DNA from: Fusobacteriia bacterium UBA1095
Lineage (GTDB): Bacteria; Fusobacteriota; Fusobacteriia; Bac17; UBA816
Reading direction: 5' to 3'
Assembly: GCA_002313635.1 (NCBI GenBank)
Contig: DCBY01000030.1
Location: forward strand, 3,368 to 67,367
Length of the DNA stretch: 64,000 nt
The position numbers and the translations under genes are program-made. This document shows, one piece after another, positions 18,273 through 31,696 of this stretch (positions are counted from its first letter, which is position 1; each line of letters begins with the position of its first letter). The notes beneath the pieces were generated by a model. It saw nothing but the letters and a program-made list of their open reading frames with translations. It did no database searches and had not been told where the DNA came from.

Positions 18273-18788
18273 ATATCTTTAAAAGTCAAAAATAGAGTAA
18301 ATGAACAGATAAGGTCAAGAGAGCTAAGAGTTATATCTGATAGCGGAGAACAACTGGGTATAGTCCCTTTAGAAGAGGCTATGGAGATGGCGAGAGATAG
18401 AGGCCTTGATCTGGTCGAGATATCTGATAAATCTAACCCCCCAGTGGCAAAGATAATAGATTTCGGTAAATTTAGATACGAAAAAGAGAAATCCTACAAA
18501 GAGAATAAGAAGAAGCAAAAAGTTGTTGTGGTTAAAGAGGTGAAAATAAGGCCTCAGATAGATCAGCACGATCTTCTTATAAAGAAAAAACGAGTTCAGG
18601 ATTTTATCTCTGAAGACAAAAAAGTCAAAGTTATCTTAGTATTAAGGGGCAGGCAAAGGCTTCATGCCGATAGAGGTAAAGCCCTTTTAGATGAACTAGC
18701 AGAGGAGTTTGCAGAATATTCCACTGTTGAAAAAAATTATTCTGCGGGCTTTAGCTTACTTTTGAGCCCGAAAGTTAAGAAGAAATAG
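18273..18788 (+). CDS. infC: Translation initiation factor IF-3 (probable ATA start)
   Basis: RVNEQIR, GEQLGI, LDLVEIS..NPPVAKIIDFGKFRYE; SD GGAGG 18263-18267 precedes in-frame ATA. Confidence 0.95.
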   Translation: MSLKVKNRVNEQIRSRELRVISDSGEQLGIVPLEEAMEMARDRGLDLVEISDKSNPPVAKIIDFGKFRYEKEKSYKENKKKQKVVVVKEVKIRPQIDQHDLLIKKKRVQDFISEDKKVKVILVLRGRQRLHADRGKALLDELAEEFAEYSTVEKNYSAGFSLLLSPKVKKK

Positions 18789-18803
18789 AAATTAGGAGGA
18801 CTT

Positions 18804-18989
18804 TTGAAGACTAACAAAGGTTTAAAAAAGAGAGTTAAGATTACAGGAAGAGGCAAAATTTTGGCTCTAGGTTCCGGTAAAGAGAGAAAGTTGGGCAAAA
18901 AGACAACTGCTAGAAAGAATAGGCTAAAAAGCTTTAGAGAGGTTGCTAAGGAAAATAGCAAAAGACTAAGAAGGATGATGAATATATAA
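18804..18989 (+). CDS. rpmI: 50S ribosomal protein L35
   Basis: KTNKGLKKRVKITGRGK; lies between infC and rplT. Confidence 0.92.
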   Translation: MKTNKGLKKRVKITGRGKILALGSGKERKLGKKTTARKNRLKSFREVAKENSKRLRRMMNI

Positions 18990-19339
18990 TGGCAAGAGTA
19001 GCAAGTAGTGTAACTACACATAAAAGGCATAAAAAGATTTTAAATAGAGCTAAAGGTTTTTATGGCGCTAGGAGCAAAAATTATAAGACTGCTAGACAGG
19101 CTGTAAGAAAGGCTATGTCTCATTCAACTAGGGATAGAAAACAGAGACAGAGAAGAATGAGAGAGCTTTGGATAATGAGAATAAATGCTGCTGTTAGGGA
19201 GCATGGCACCTCTTATAATAAATTTATCTCTTCTTTGAAAAAGAGCGGCATAGATTTAGATAGGAAGATGCTGTCTGAAATAGCGATTAACGACAAGGAA
19301 CTCTTTGCAGCTATAATAAGAGAATCCCAATTATCTTAA
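18989..19339 (+). CDS. rplT: 50S ribosomal protein L20
   Basis: MARV...AKGFYGARS...RDRK...LWIMRINAAVR...LDRKMLSEIA. Confidence 0.98.
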   Translation: MARVASSVTTHKRHKKILNRAKGFYGARSKNYKTARQAVRKAMSHSTRDRKQRQRRMRELWIMRINAAVREHGTSYNKFISSLKKSGIDLDRKMLSEIAINDKELFAAIIRESQLS

Positions 19340-19348
19340 GGAGTACAA

Positions 19349-19606
19349 ATGGTAAAAATAAGATTAACAAGAATAGGAAGAAAGAAATTACCTTTTTACA
19401 GGTTAGTTGCAATAGATTCTAAAGCTAGGAGAGATGGAAAGCCAATATCCTTTCTAGGTACCTATGATCCAGTTGCAAAGAACACTAATCTTAAGGTAGA
19501 GGAGATTAAAAAGTTTTTGCAAAATGGTGCACAACCAACAAAGACTGTTGAAAGCCTTTTATCAAAAAATGGAATTATCAACAAAGGAGTTAATTTAGCA
19601 CAATGA
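19349..19606 (+). CDS. rpsP: 30S ribosomal protein S16
   Basis: [28 protein letters not shown]...LGTYDP...GAQPT. Confidence 0.98.
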   Translation: MVKIRLTRIGRKKLPFYRLVAIDSKARRDGKPISFLGTYDPVAKNTNLKVEEIKKFLQNGAQPTKTVESLLSKNGIINKGVNLAQ

Positions 19607-20796
19607 CAAATCTTCTATTCATTTTACTGTTTCACTCCATTTGTGGACTCTCTTTTGCTGAGGCAGATTTTGATGAGATAGATAGGCAAGAAGATAATAT
19701 TAGTGATGATTTCAAACCTGAAAACTTTGAAAGCGATGATGTACTTGATGTTCAAACCATTTTTAAGGTTAATGGAAAATATTTTATAAATGAAAAGTTC
19801 AATTCAATAAAAGCTCCTTCAGTTGGCTCTGAGGAGAATAGGGATGTTAATACTGTTAACTCCCCTATGGAATCTTTTGATGGATACAGTTTTCAAATGG
19901 AGAATAGATTCAGGTTTAATTTATATGATGACATAAGATTTGATATACCTTTAAAGATGTCGTATGAGACTGCATATCCTGAAGAAGCTTTAGCTAAGCT
20001 TGAAGATTATGGCAAGATGATAAATAGAGTAGTAAAGGTAGAGATAGGTTTCTGGTTGGATTGGTATGCACTTCCTTTCTTGAAGCTGGGATTAAGAGGA
20101 GCAAAAGACAACAACAATGGTTATTTTGTTGAGCTAAGGAATAAGCTTTACTTAGACAGAAGTAGAACTCATGAAAGTGGCTTCGATGTGTTGGATTGGG
20201 ATGGAATTATTTTTGGTGAATTTTTGTTTAGGCCTAATGAGAATATAAAGATAGAGCCTGAAATACGTTTAGGGCTAAGAAAAGGCTATGAAGAGATAGG
20301 AAAGCCTACTAACGTGAATACTATTTTTTATGTTTCATTATTAGCTCCTTTTAAATTTAAATATGAATTGATGGATGATTTGCATTTTAAGGCAAAGGTA
20401 GAGTTAGGTGGTGACAAAGGATTTTCAGGTGAAAGTAGCTTGCGAGAAGGCAAGTTTGGCTCCAGTGCTGGATATGGTTTATATGCAAAAGGAGGCCTAG
20501 AGTTAGAATACGATATAATGGAGACAGCTACTTTTAGATTCCCTGTTTTAGTAGATTGTAGGCACAGATTGTCTGTCGAGGACTCTTTTAGTGTTGTGAA
20601 GCCTGCTTTGAAAATGTCAACAAAACCTGGCATTGAAGTTGATTTTGCACTATTTAAAAATTTACATCTTCTTTTAGATACAGAACTAGATTATAACTTT
20701 ATGAAGGTTACTTTTGCTGATGATACAGATTTTAAATTTTTGACTAGTCCTATTTTTAAATGGGGTGTTGGTTTTAGATACGATTCTTCCTATTAG
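19603..20796 (+). CDS. Putative outer-membrane beta-barrel protein
   Basis: Hydrophobic signal peptide, acidic N-region, many alternating amphipathic strands, terminal strand FKWGVGFRY. Confidence 0.65.
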   Translation: MTNLLFILLFHSICGLSFAEADFDEIDRQEDNISDDFKPENFESDDVLDVQTIFKVNGKYFINEKFNSIKAPSVGSEENRDVNTVNSPMESFDGYSFQMENRFRFNLYDDIRFDIPLKMSYETAYPEEALAKLEDYGKMINRVVKVEIGFWLDWYALPFLKLGLRGAKDNNNGYFVELRNKLYLDRSRTHESGFDVLDWDGIIFGEFLFRPNENIKIEPEIRLGLRKGYEEIGKPTNVNTIFYVSLLAPFKFKYELMDDLHFKAKVELGGDKGFSGESSLREGKFGSSAGYGLYAKGGLELEYDIMETATFRFPVLVDCRHRLSVEDSFSVVKPALKMSTKPGIEVDFALFKNLHLLLDTELDYNFMKVTFADDTDFKFLTSPIFKWGVGFRYDSSY

Positions 20797-20900
20797 GATT
20801 AATTTCCTTATTTAGCTAAGTGTCTCTCTAATTAAATAGTTTGATTTTGATAAATTTGCAAATATCATCTGATAAGCTATAATATATCTAGAAGATGTCA

Positions 20901-21400
20901 ATGCTGAGTTTTATTTTTATTATTTGTTTAGAAAACAAATAGATTAAAGGAGAGAATTTGTCAGTTTTCCCTTATAAGCTCAGTATGAAAGCCTCTAAGA
21001 TCATAGACGGAAAGAGTTGAGAGAAATAGTATTTTGCTACAGATGGGATTAAACTGCATTTCTTAATAATACATTTGGCTTTGATGACTAGTAGAAAAGA
21101 TTATATTTTAGTATTGAAAAAATTGTTAAGTAGCTTTACAGTTTTCTATTTAAGTTTTAATAGCATTTAAAAGAGTAATGGCTTTTACAGAGATTATGAA
21201 AATTCAGTTTTTATTATGTCTGAATTTATATTAAAGTACATGATAAAAAAGTTCTGAGATTAAATCTTTAATAGAATAATTTAATAGAAGAAATAGATAA
21301 ACAATTTCTTATTCAAGTAGCACTGAATTTTTATAGAAGAAAGCATTTAGCAAGCTGTGAAGATAAAGTTATTTTTCAACAAAAAGAAAACTGCTGTTAA
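20901..21400 (+). pseudogene. Probable eroded secreted-protein gene
   Basis: MLSFIFIICLENK* followed by coding-like fragments (IKGENLSVFPYKLSMKASKIIDGKS*, NLIEEIDKQFLIQVALNFYRRKHLASCEDKVIF) in a ~680-bp gap; 3' boundary approximate. Confidence 0.4.
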
Positions 21401-21479
21401 TCTTTCTGAATTTTGATATCATAGATATAAAAATATAAATAAGAGTGCGAAACTTTAATTGTAGGTTTAAGGAGAAAAA

Positions 21480-23080
21480 ATGTTGATATATATTTTGCTA
21501 TTAATGTCTTGTCAGATACAAAAACCAAAAATTGAAGATCGAACTGATGACAAACAGACCGAAGACACTTTCATTAGTGAGGAATATGACGAAGTACAGG
21601 TTCATGAAGAGGTATTTGACATCTTTACAAAATTCGCACAGGATTCTAATTTAGATGAGGATGAGATTGCTAAAATAAAAGCCGCTGTTGATCATCTTTA
21701 CCCTGATAACAACTATACTGAGAAAGAATTGAAGGCAGGGTTTAGTGCTAATTTCTATGGCTGGCAGTTTCTTTATGACTCTATGTATGCAGAAGAGGGC
21801 AGTTGTGACCTTAAAAAATTAGTTGAAGAAGACGCTGATTTAAGAGATATTTTCAAAATAATAGTTGCCACTCTAAGGCCTGATGAGATTCACCGTAACA
21901 TATCGTTTAATTTGACGTCTCCAGAGTCTTTAATTAACTCATTGGTTCATAGTAAGTCTTTGGTTGATACTGGATATTCAGTTGATGAAGAATATTTAAC
22001 TGGTAACCAAGGGGCAAAAACTATAAATTTTGCAAAATATTTTGATGACAGTGAGTTATTGGATTATTTGGAAAAGACGGTTTCTTTAGAAGATTTAGGT
22101 TTAACTCCTGCTTATATAATAAAGCATGACCCATTTATAAAGGACATTGAAGCAAAATTGAAAAATGGTAAGAGAGTAACTATTGGAGCAAAAGAATTTA
22201 CTGAAGTGAGTGAAATATATGAATATGATGAGTCTACTGATAGATATGAAATTGCATCTGGTGCTTTAGGTCTGATTAGAAAATCAGAAATGTTTAAAAA
22301 AAGAGTAAAAAGCTTACTGCTAAGTAAGGGTGATATTGATTTTTCCTCAAACCCATTCAAGGATAGGTACAAAGTTAAGGCTATACCTAAAAGTCAAATG
22401 TCTATTCCTCTATTTTTGATTGGTTATTATGGAGGGAAATATGAAGATCTAAATGACTATGTAGATATTGCTTTCTCTACCAATAACCAAGATTTAAAAA
22501 ATACCATCTTTTTAGGCATTGCGTCTATGGTAAGACATTGCGACAATGGTTTAGAAGAAAGGTTAGGGGAGGAGCTACCTGTACTTGTTAATCAGTTACT
22601 AGATCATTTAGAAGATGAAGTCGAAAAAGAGAGAGTTTTATTGATATTAGATAAAGATATTAAGTATAGATTAATAAAAGCTTTGTCGAATGATGTTCGT
22701 ATAAAAGTTTTTTCACAGATTAAAGAAGTAGATGCAAATTTATTTACCAATGCCGAAATGGCTGAAATAAATAAGGTAATCTTTGGAAAATTGTTTTCTG
22801 AAGCCGGAAATGAGACTCCTTCAAGTGGCTGGGAAGTATCAGTTATCAACAAGAGAATTGACATGAGGGTTGTTCAGAAAATGAAAGATTGGTTCCATTC
22901 AAATATTATAAATGGATATGATTGGGCTAATTTGTTGACTAAAGTAGTAAGAAATGATGCGTCTGTTCAGAGTATTAAAGAAGTTGTTAGTGGGTTTAAT
23001 CTAGCCTACCCCTATATAATGAAGCCGGCAGCACAGGCCCTCTATATCCTATACAGAGAAGGAATAATAAGTTTAAAAAA

Positions 23081-23084
<4 letters not shown>
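21480..23084 (+). CDS. Orphan putative lipoprotein (paralog family B)
   Basis: SD AAGGAG; MLIYILLLMSC; shares RHCxxGxxER and D.R....I with the downstream gene. Confidence 0.7.
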
Positions 23085-26163
<3,079 letters not shown>

Positions 26164-26433
26164 CTACTCTTCCTCCTTTACTATTGCTAATATCTCTTTC
26201 TCCTCAACTATGAGAAGCTTTTTAGTGCTGTCGCTTACTTCTGTGCTTGAAAATTTACTGTACACCACAGTATCTCCCAAAGAAACTTTCGTTACATCTC
26301 CTCCTACTTCAATGATTCTACCTAAGTTGTCAAAATCATCCCCAGAAGAGGGTATGTAGATTCCAGACTCCGTTCTGCTTTTTTTCTCTACTGGTTTTAG
26401 CAGAACCCTATTTCCTATGGGTTTTATTTTCAT
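26164..26433 (-). CDS. groES: Co-chaperonin GroES
   Basis: MKIKPIGNRVLLK...TESGIYIP...EILAIV; ATG after SD AAGGAGG. Confidence 0.97.
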   Translation of the reverse strand: MKIKPIGNRVLLKPVEKKSRTESGIYIPSSGDDFDNLGRIIEVGGDVTKVSLGDTVVYSKFSSTEVSDSTKKLLIVEEKEILAIVKEEE

Positions 26434-26450
26434 GGATCCTCCTTTTACTA

Positions 26451-26477
26451 TTAGCAATCTCCTTACTTGAGTGCTAA
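26451..26477 (-). promoter_or_regulatory. CIRCE element (HrcA operator)
   Basis: TTAGCACTC-N9-GATTGCTAA, one mismatch to consensus, between promoter and groES. Confidence 0.93.
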
Positions 26478-26481
26478 ATAT

Positions 26482-26509
26482 AGTATAAACTAAAAGTAAT
26501 TTTAGTCAA
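26482..26509 (-). promoter_or_regulatory. sigma70 promoter of groESL
   Basis: TTGACT-N16-TATACT. Confidence 0.7.
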
Positions 26510-26629
26510 TATGTAAATTTTGAAATAAAATTGATTTAATTTGTTATTACTCAGCTATTTTATTGCAGAAACCTCAGTTTAATGATAAAATTAACAAAAG
26601 TGATTTTTCGTAATAAAAGAGGTAATTTA

Positions 26630-27895
26630 ATGAACAAATTTTTCTCCACGGCCTTGAATAAATTAAAAAAGCTATTCTCAGGAAGAGTTATTGCTGTTAT
26701 AGACATCGGCACTGATAAAGTTAAAACAGTTGTTGCAAAGCCTAGTGGGGATGGTTTTTTTGAAATTTTAGGATATGGAGTTGCTAAATCAAAAGGTTTA
26801 AGAAGAGGTACTGTTGTTGATATGGAGGATCTTTCTAAATCAGTGGCCATATCTGTTAGCGAAGCTGAAAAATTTTCTGATACACAGATTGATTCAGTTG
26901 TTATAAATATATCTGGAGATCATCTATCTTCAGTTAACACTAAAGCTACGTTAGAGCTTGCTAGTTTCCCTAAAGAAGTTACTGATGAAGATAGAAAGAA
27001 ATTAGAATCAATTATTGAACAAAAAGTGGTAGGAGTGGAGAGAGCTATTGTTCACAGAGTTGCCTACAATTATGTCCTAGATGGAGAGAGCATAGTTAAT
27101 AACCCTGTGGGGATGTTAGCGTCTACTATGAGCGCCAATATACATCTTTTAGTTGGAAGGCTGGGTGCTATAGATGCATTGATAAGAAGTGTTGAAGCAG
27201 CAGGTATCAAAGTCAAAGATGTTGTCTTTGACGCATGGGCCTCCTCCATGTCGGCTCTTTCATACACAGAGAGAAGAATGGGAGCTATCTTAGTAGATAT
27301 AGGTGACAGTAAGACTGATGTAGCTGTTATAAAGGAAGGCAATTTGATCTACTCCTGTGTTATCCCCATAGGTGGTGTAAACTTCACTAACGATATAGCA
27401 TCAGTTCTTAATTTAGATTTCAAAACTGCTGAGCACTTGAAAAAGAATTTGCCCAATCTTATGGAGAGCTCTAAGCAGGATAGTATAGAGGTAAAAACTT
27501 TCGATTCAGATGAGGTTGTAAGGGTCAGCCTAACTTACCTTAGATCGATTGTTGAGGCAAGGGTGTCTGAATTAATAGATATGATGTTAAGTTCCACATC
27601 TATATACAAGTTTATCCCTTTTGTTAATACTGTGGTGATAACAGGGGGCTCAGCCAAAGTTTGGGGATTGAAACATATGCTGGGCAAGTCATTGAATTTA
27701 CACGTTAGGTATGGGGTTCCTTCTGTGGATTCAGAACTTCCTGAAGAACTGAAAAATGAAGATGCCTCAACAGTGGTGGGGTTGGTATGTTATTCTTTAA
27801 TTAGTGGTAAGAAGAATAGAAGTTTAGAAAATAGAATGACTTTGGCTTCTATTTTTGATAGAATAAGAGAGTTATTTGATAGATATTTAGGTTAG
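26630..27895 (+). CDS. ftsA: Cell division protein FtsA
   Basis: IDIGTDKV, GLRRGTVVD, VDIGDSKTD, IPIGGVNFTNDIA, VITGGSA; start at ATG after GAGGT. Confidence 0.95.
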   Translation: MNKFFSTALNKLKKLFSGRVIAVIDIGTDKVKTVVAKPSGDGFFEILGYGVAKSKGLRRGTVVDMEDLSKSVAISVSEAEKFSDTQIDSVVINISGDHLSSVNTKATLELASFPKEVTDEDRKKLESIIEQKVVGVERAIVHRVAYNYVLDGESIVNNPVGMLASTMSANIHLLVGRLGAIDALIRSVEAAGIKVKDVVFDAWASSMSALSYTERRMGAILVDIGDSKTDVAVIKEGNLIYSCVIPIGGVNFTNDIASVLNLDFKTAEHLKKNLPNLMESSKQDSIEVKTFDSDEVVRVSLTYLRSIVEARVSELIDMMLSSTSIYKFIPFVNTVVITGGSAKVWGLKHMLGKSLNLHVRYGVPSVDSELPEELKNEDASTVVGLVCYSLISGKKNRSLENRMTLASIFDRIRELFDRYLG

Positions 27896-27903
27896 GAGTT
27901 TAA

Positions 27904-29076
27904 ATGAAAAAAGGTTCATCAAAATCAAAGGAAGAAAAGAAGGTTACTAGAAAAGCTAGACAGAGAGACCTTGGAACAGTTAGCAAAGGCTCTATAGCTA
28001 AGATAAAAGTGTTGGGAATGGGTGGAGCAGGTGGTAATGCTGTAGATTTTATGAAGAGAGACAGTGACTCTGGAGATATAGAATTTATAGCTATGAATAC
28101 TGATGCTCAGGACCTAAATAGCTCTGATGCTGACATCAAAATTCAATTAGGTGAAAAGATAACTAAAGGCCTAGGTGCTGGTGCCAACCCTGAAATAGGT
28201 AAGCTAGGTGCTGAAGAGGATAAGGATAAAATAAAGAGTGCTATAGTTGGTACAGATCTTCTTTTCATAACCGCAGGAATGGGGGGAGGTACTGGTACTG
28301 GTTCTGCCCCTGTTGTTGCTAGAATAGCTAAAGAGATGGGTATACTTACCGTGGCAGTAGTTACAAAGCCTTTTAACTTCGAAGGTTTGAAAAGAAGGCA
28401 AAATTCAATGGCAGGTATAAATGAGTTGTCACAATATGTTGATACTCTGGTTGTTATACCTAACGAGAAGCTTTTTGAGTTACCTAACAAAGGTATCTCA
28501 CTTGTGAATGCTTTTGAATCCGCAAATGGTATACTTAAAATAGGTATAAGAGGTATATCAGACTTAATAACCAAGCAAGGGTATATAAACTTAGACTTTG
28601 CTGATATAAGATCCATAATGTCAGAGTCTGGTGTAGCTATGTTAGGATTTGGTTATGCTGAAGGTGAGGATAGAGCCAAGATTGCAGCTGAGCAGGCACT
28701 AAACAGTCCTCTTCTTGAAAGACCTATTACTGGAGCTAGAAAGATACTTCTTAACATATCTGGTGATCCTGAATTAGGTCTTAATGAGGCAAGCCAAATA
28801 GCTGAGATGGTATCATCTGCTACAGGTGACACTGCTACAGATGTTATATTTGGTACTGTTATTGATTCTAGCCTTAACAAAGGCATAAAGGTTACTATTA
28901 TAGCTACTGATTTTATGGATGGTCCAGATCCTAGAGTAGCTAATAACTCCAACAGAGTGGAGTTAGGCCCCGAAAAGAGATCTTTTCAGGATAGTTCCAG
29001 AGAGCATGTCGAAAGTTCATCAGACTACTCTGATGTTCTAGATATACCGGCATTTTTAAGAAGAAATAGAAAGTAG
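27904..29076 (+). CDS. ftsZ: Cell division protein FtsZ
   Basis: GGAGGNA, GMGGGTGTG, INLDFAD, C-terminal LDIPAFLR. Confidence 0.99.
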   Translation: MKKGSSKSKEEKKVTRKARQRDLGTVSKGSIAKIKVLGMGGAGGNAVDFMKRDSDSGDIEFIAMNTDAQDLNSSDADIKIQLGEKITKGLGAGANPEIGKLGAEEDKDKIKSAIVGTDLLFITAGMGGGTGTGSAPVVARIAKEMGILTVAVVTKPFNFEGLKRRQNSMAGINELSQYVDTLVVIPNEKLFELPNKGISLVNAFESANGILKIGIRGISDLITKQGYINLDFADIRSIMSESGVAMLGFGYAEGEDRAKIAAEQALNSPLLERPITGARKILLNISGDPELGLNEASQIAEMVSSATGDTATDVIFGTVIDSSLNKGIKVTIIATDFMDGPDPRVANNSNRVELGPEKRSFQDSSREHVESSSDYSDVLDIPAFLRRNRK

Positions 29077-29090
29077 ATTAGGAGATTAAA

Positions 29091-29510
29091 TTGTTGAAAA
29101 AATATGAAATGATGGTAATATTAGACCCAACAAAAGAGGAAAATATCAGCGCAATATCACAATCTGTTGAAAAAGTGCTGACTGACTCAGGCGCTTCTGA
29201 GTTGTCTTTTGAAGATTTAGGAGTTAAGGAGCTTGCTTACAGTATAAATAAGCAGAAAAAGGGGCACTATTTCCTTTACAAATTTAGCTCTGAAGGTTCA
29301 GGGAATAAAGATATAGAGAAAAAACTAAACATGAATGAAGATGTGTTTAGATACCTCATAATTCGTGACGAAAGTGAGAAGATCCTAAAGAAAATTAAGG
29401 ACAAATCTGAAGCAAGAAGTCTTAGGAAAAAAGAGAGAGAAGCAAAGAAACCTAGGACAAAAGAGGATGGAGATAATAGAAAGCATTTTAAGAGAGAGGA
29501 GAAAGCATAG
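29091..29510 (+). CDS. rpsF: 30S ribosomal protein S6
   Basis: KYEMMVILDP, GVKELAYSINK..KGHY, VFRYLII. Confidence 0.95.
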   Translation: MLKKYEMMVILDPTKEENISAISQSVEKVLTDSGASELSFEDLGVKELAYSINKQKKGHYFLYKFSSEGSGNKDIEKKLNMNEDVFRYLIIRDESEKILKKIKDKSEARSLRKKEREAKKPRTKEDGDNRKHFKREEKA

Positions 29511-29917
29511 TGTCAGTTAATATGGTTGTTCTAACCGGAAGATTAACAGCTGATCCAGAGCTTAAGTACACACAGACTGGAAAAGCACTTGTTAGGTTTG
29601 CATTGGCTGTTAACAGAAGGTACAATAGAGATGAAACAGACTTTATCAATGTAACTGCTTGGGATAAGAAAGCTGAACTAGCTTCCCAGTACCTACACAA
29701 AGGTAGTCTTATAGCAGTGACAGGCTCTATAAGAGTTAGAAGCTATGATGATTCAGAGGGTATTAGAAGGAAGTCAACTGAAGTTTTGGTAGAAAATCTT
29801 GAGTTTTTGGATTCTAAGAAATCTGATTCTAGTGGATCTAGCTCTGGTGAGTCTAATTTAAGTATCGCTGAGACGGAAAACAAAAGTAACGTTTCAGATG
29901 ATGATTTCCCATTTTAA
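29510..29917 (+). CDS. ssb: Single-stranded DNA-binding protein
   Basis: N.VVLTGRLTADPELKYT, FALAVNR, C-terminal DDDFPF. Confidence 0.98.
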   Translation: MSVNMVVLTGRLTADPELKYTQTGKALVRFALAVNRRYNRDETDFINVTAWDKKAELASQYLHKGSLIAVTGSIRVRSYDDSEGIRRKSTEVLVENLEFLDSKKSDSSGSSSGESNLSIAETENKSNVSDDDFPF

Positions 29918-29930
29918 TTAAAGGAGTATT

Positions 29931-30152
29931 TTGTTTATGAAAAGACGAAAAATAAAGAAGAGATGTGAATTTTCTCAGAAAAAAATAGGATATGTTGATT
30001 ACAAAGATATAGATCTATTAAAAAGGTTTGTAACTGAAAAGGGTAGAATGCTTCCAGCAAAGACTACTGGCCTGTGTTCTGCTTATCAAAAGAAGCTTAC
30101 CACAGCTATAAAGAGAGCTAGACATATGGCTCTGTTACCTTTCATTAACTAG
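29931..30152 (+). CDS. rpsR: 30S ribosomal protein S18
   Basis: [17 protein letters not shown]...[13 protein letters not shown]. Confidence 0.98.
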   Translation: MFMKRRKIKKRCEFSQKKIGYVDYKDIDLLKRFVTEKGRMLPAKTTGLCSAYQKKLTTAIKRARHMALLPFIN

Positions 30153-31111
30153 TTAGGTAACCCTATTGCTTTTCTAACTTGTTGTATTTTTTTCTTGGCT
30201 ATTCCTCTGGCAAAAGAGCTGCTTTTCTCCAGCTCTTTTTTTACGTCTTCAATGTTCTTTACTAACCCTTTTCTTCTATTTCTAATGGGTTCTATGAAGT
30301 TATTTATCTTTTCAAAAAGCTCTTTTTTTAATGTACCATAGCCAATATTACCCTTTTCATATCTACTTTTAAGTAATTGTTGCTCTTCTTTGTTTAAAAA
30401 TAATTTGTATAAGCTAGCAATGTTACACCCTTCATAGTCTTTAGGTTCTTCAACACCTCTTGAGTCAGTCACTATGGACATTATCTGTTTTTTTATCTTA
30501 TTCTCTTCAGCAAAAATTTCTATAGTATTTCCATAGCTTTTGGACATTTTTTGACCATCTATTCCTTTTACTGTCTCATACTCTTCCATAATCTCTACAT
30601 CAGGTATCTTAAAGACCTCCCCATATATGGAGTTGAATTTGATAGCTATATCTCTTGCCATCTCAACATGCTGCTTCTGATCTTTACCAACAGGGACTAA
30701 ATCTGCATCATACATCAATATATCTGCTGCCATCAACACTGGGTAGAGGAATGTTCCAACATTAATTTTTTCTTCCCCTTTAGCTTTAAAAGCATGTGCT
30801 CTCTTCATAAGGCCAAATGGTGTTAAATTAGATAATATCCAACATAATTCTGCATGCTCTGGTATGCTTGACTGTATAAATATGGTTGATTTGTTGAAGT
30901 CTAACCCGAAAGCAAGGTAATCGAGGATTATGTCCCAGCTATTTTCAGCTAATTGTTTAGGGTCAGGTGTTGTTGTAAGGGCGTGATAATCTGCTATAAA
31001 GTAGAAATTTTCTCCATTGTCTTGATTATCAATATACTGCTTTATTGCTCCAAAGTAGTTACCTAAATGTATTTTGCCAGTTGGCTTAATTCCTGAAAGT
31101 CTTCTTCTCAT
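30149..31111 (-). CDS. trpS: Tryptophan--tRNA ligase
   Basis: [39 protein letters not shown]. Confidence 0.98.
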   Translation of the reverse strand: MRRRLSGIKPTGKIHLGNYFGAIKQYIDNQDNGENFYFIADYHALTTTPDPKQLAENSWDIILDYLAFGLDFNKSTIFIQSSIPEHAELCWILSNLTPFGLMKRAHAFKAKGEEKINVGTFLYPVLMAADILMYDADLVPVGKDQKQHVEMARDIAIKFNSIYGEVFKIPDVEIMEEYETVKGIDGQKMSKSYGNTIEIFAEENKIKKQIMSIVTDSRGVEEPKDYEGCNIASLYKLFLNKEEQQLLKSRYEKGNIGYGTLKKELFEKINNFIEPIRNRRKGLVKNIEDVKKELEKSSSFARGIAKKKIQQVRKAIGLPN

Positions 31112-31692
31112 TATGCTTCCTCCCTATTAGATAGTGATCTTGAAAGAGTATCTCTATCCGTTACACTAACTTTGCCTGAAGAGGGAATACCAACTGCTAT
31201 TTTGCTTATTTTTACTCTACCTTTCAGCTGCTGTATTATTACTTCTGATGTTAGATTTCCTTCTACGTCTCTATCTAACGCTAATATAACCTCTTCTATA
31301 TTTTCATTTGCAATTCTATTACCTAATCTATCTATGTCAAGATCTTCCTTATTTATACCTTGTATTGGATCTATTTTACCTTTAATTATGTGGTACTTAC
31401 CATTAAAAGGTGTTTTTTCTATATTAACTAAATCAACTATATTATGGACTATACAGAGTGTTTTAGATTGTGACCTGGTTTTGCATATTCTGCATATCTC
31501 TTCTTGCGCAAAATTGTTACATAGACTGCACAGTTTTATAGATGAGAGTGCTCCTGTCAAAGATTCTTGAATTAAATCGCCAATTTCCCTATTCTCTAGA
31601 ATAAAGAACGCAATATTCTCAGCATTCTTCTTACTGATAGTTGGTATCTTTGCTAAAGCATGAGCTAAATTTGTTATATATTTATTTATCAT
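31111..31692 (-). CDS. recR: Recombination mediator RecR
   Basis: CSLC-x8-CRIC zinc finger, GKYH...G.IDP, EVILA..DVEG, SKIAVGIP. Confidence 0.92.
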   Translation of the reverse strand: MINKYITNLAHALAKIPTISKKNAENIAFFILENREIGDLIQESLTGALSSIKLCSLCNNFAQEEICRICKTRSQSKTLCIVHNIVDLVNIEKTPFNGKYHIIKGKIDPIQGINKEDLDIDRLGNRIANENIEEVILALDRDVEGNLTSEVIIQQLKGRVKISKIAVGIPSSGKVSVTDRDTLSRSLSNREEA

Positions 31693-31696
31693 ATAG

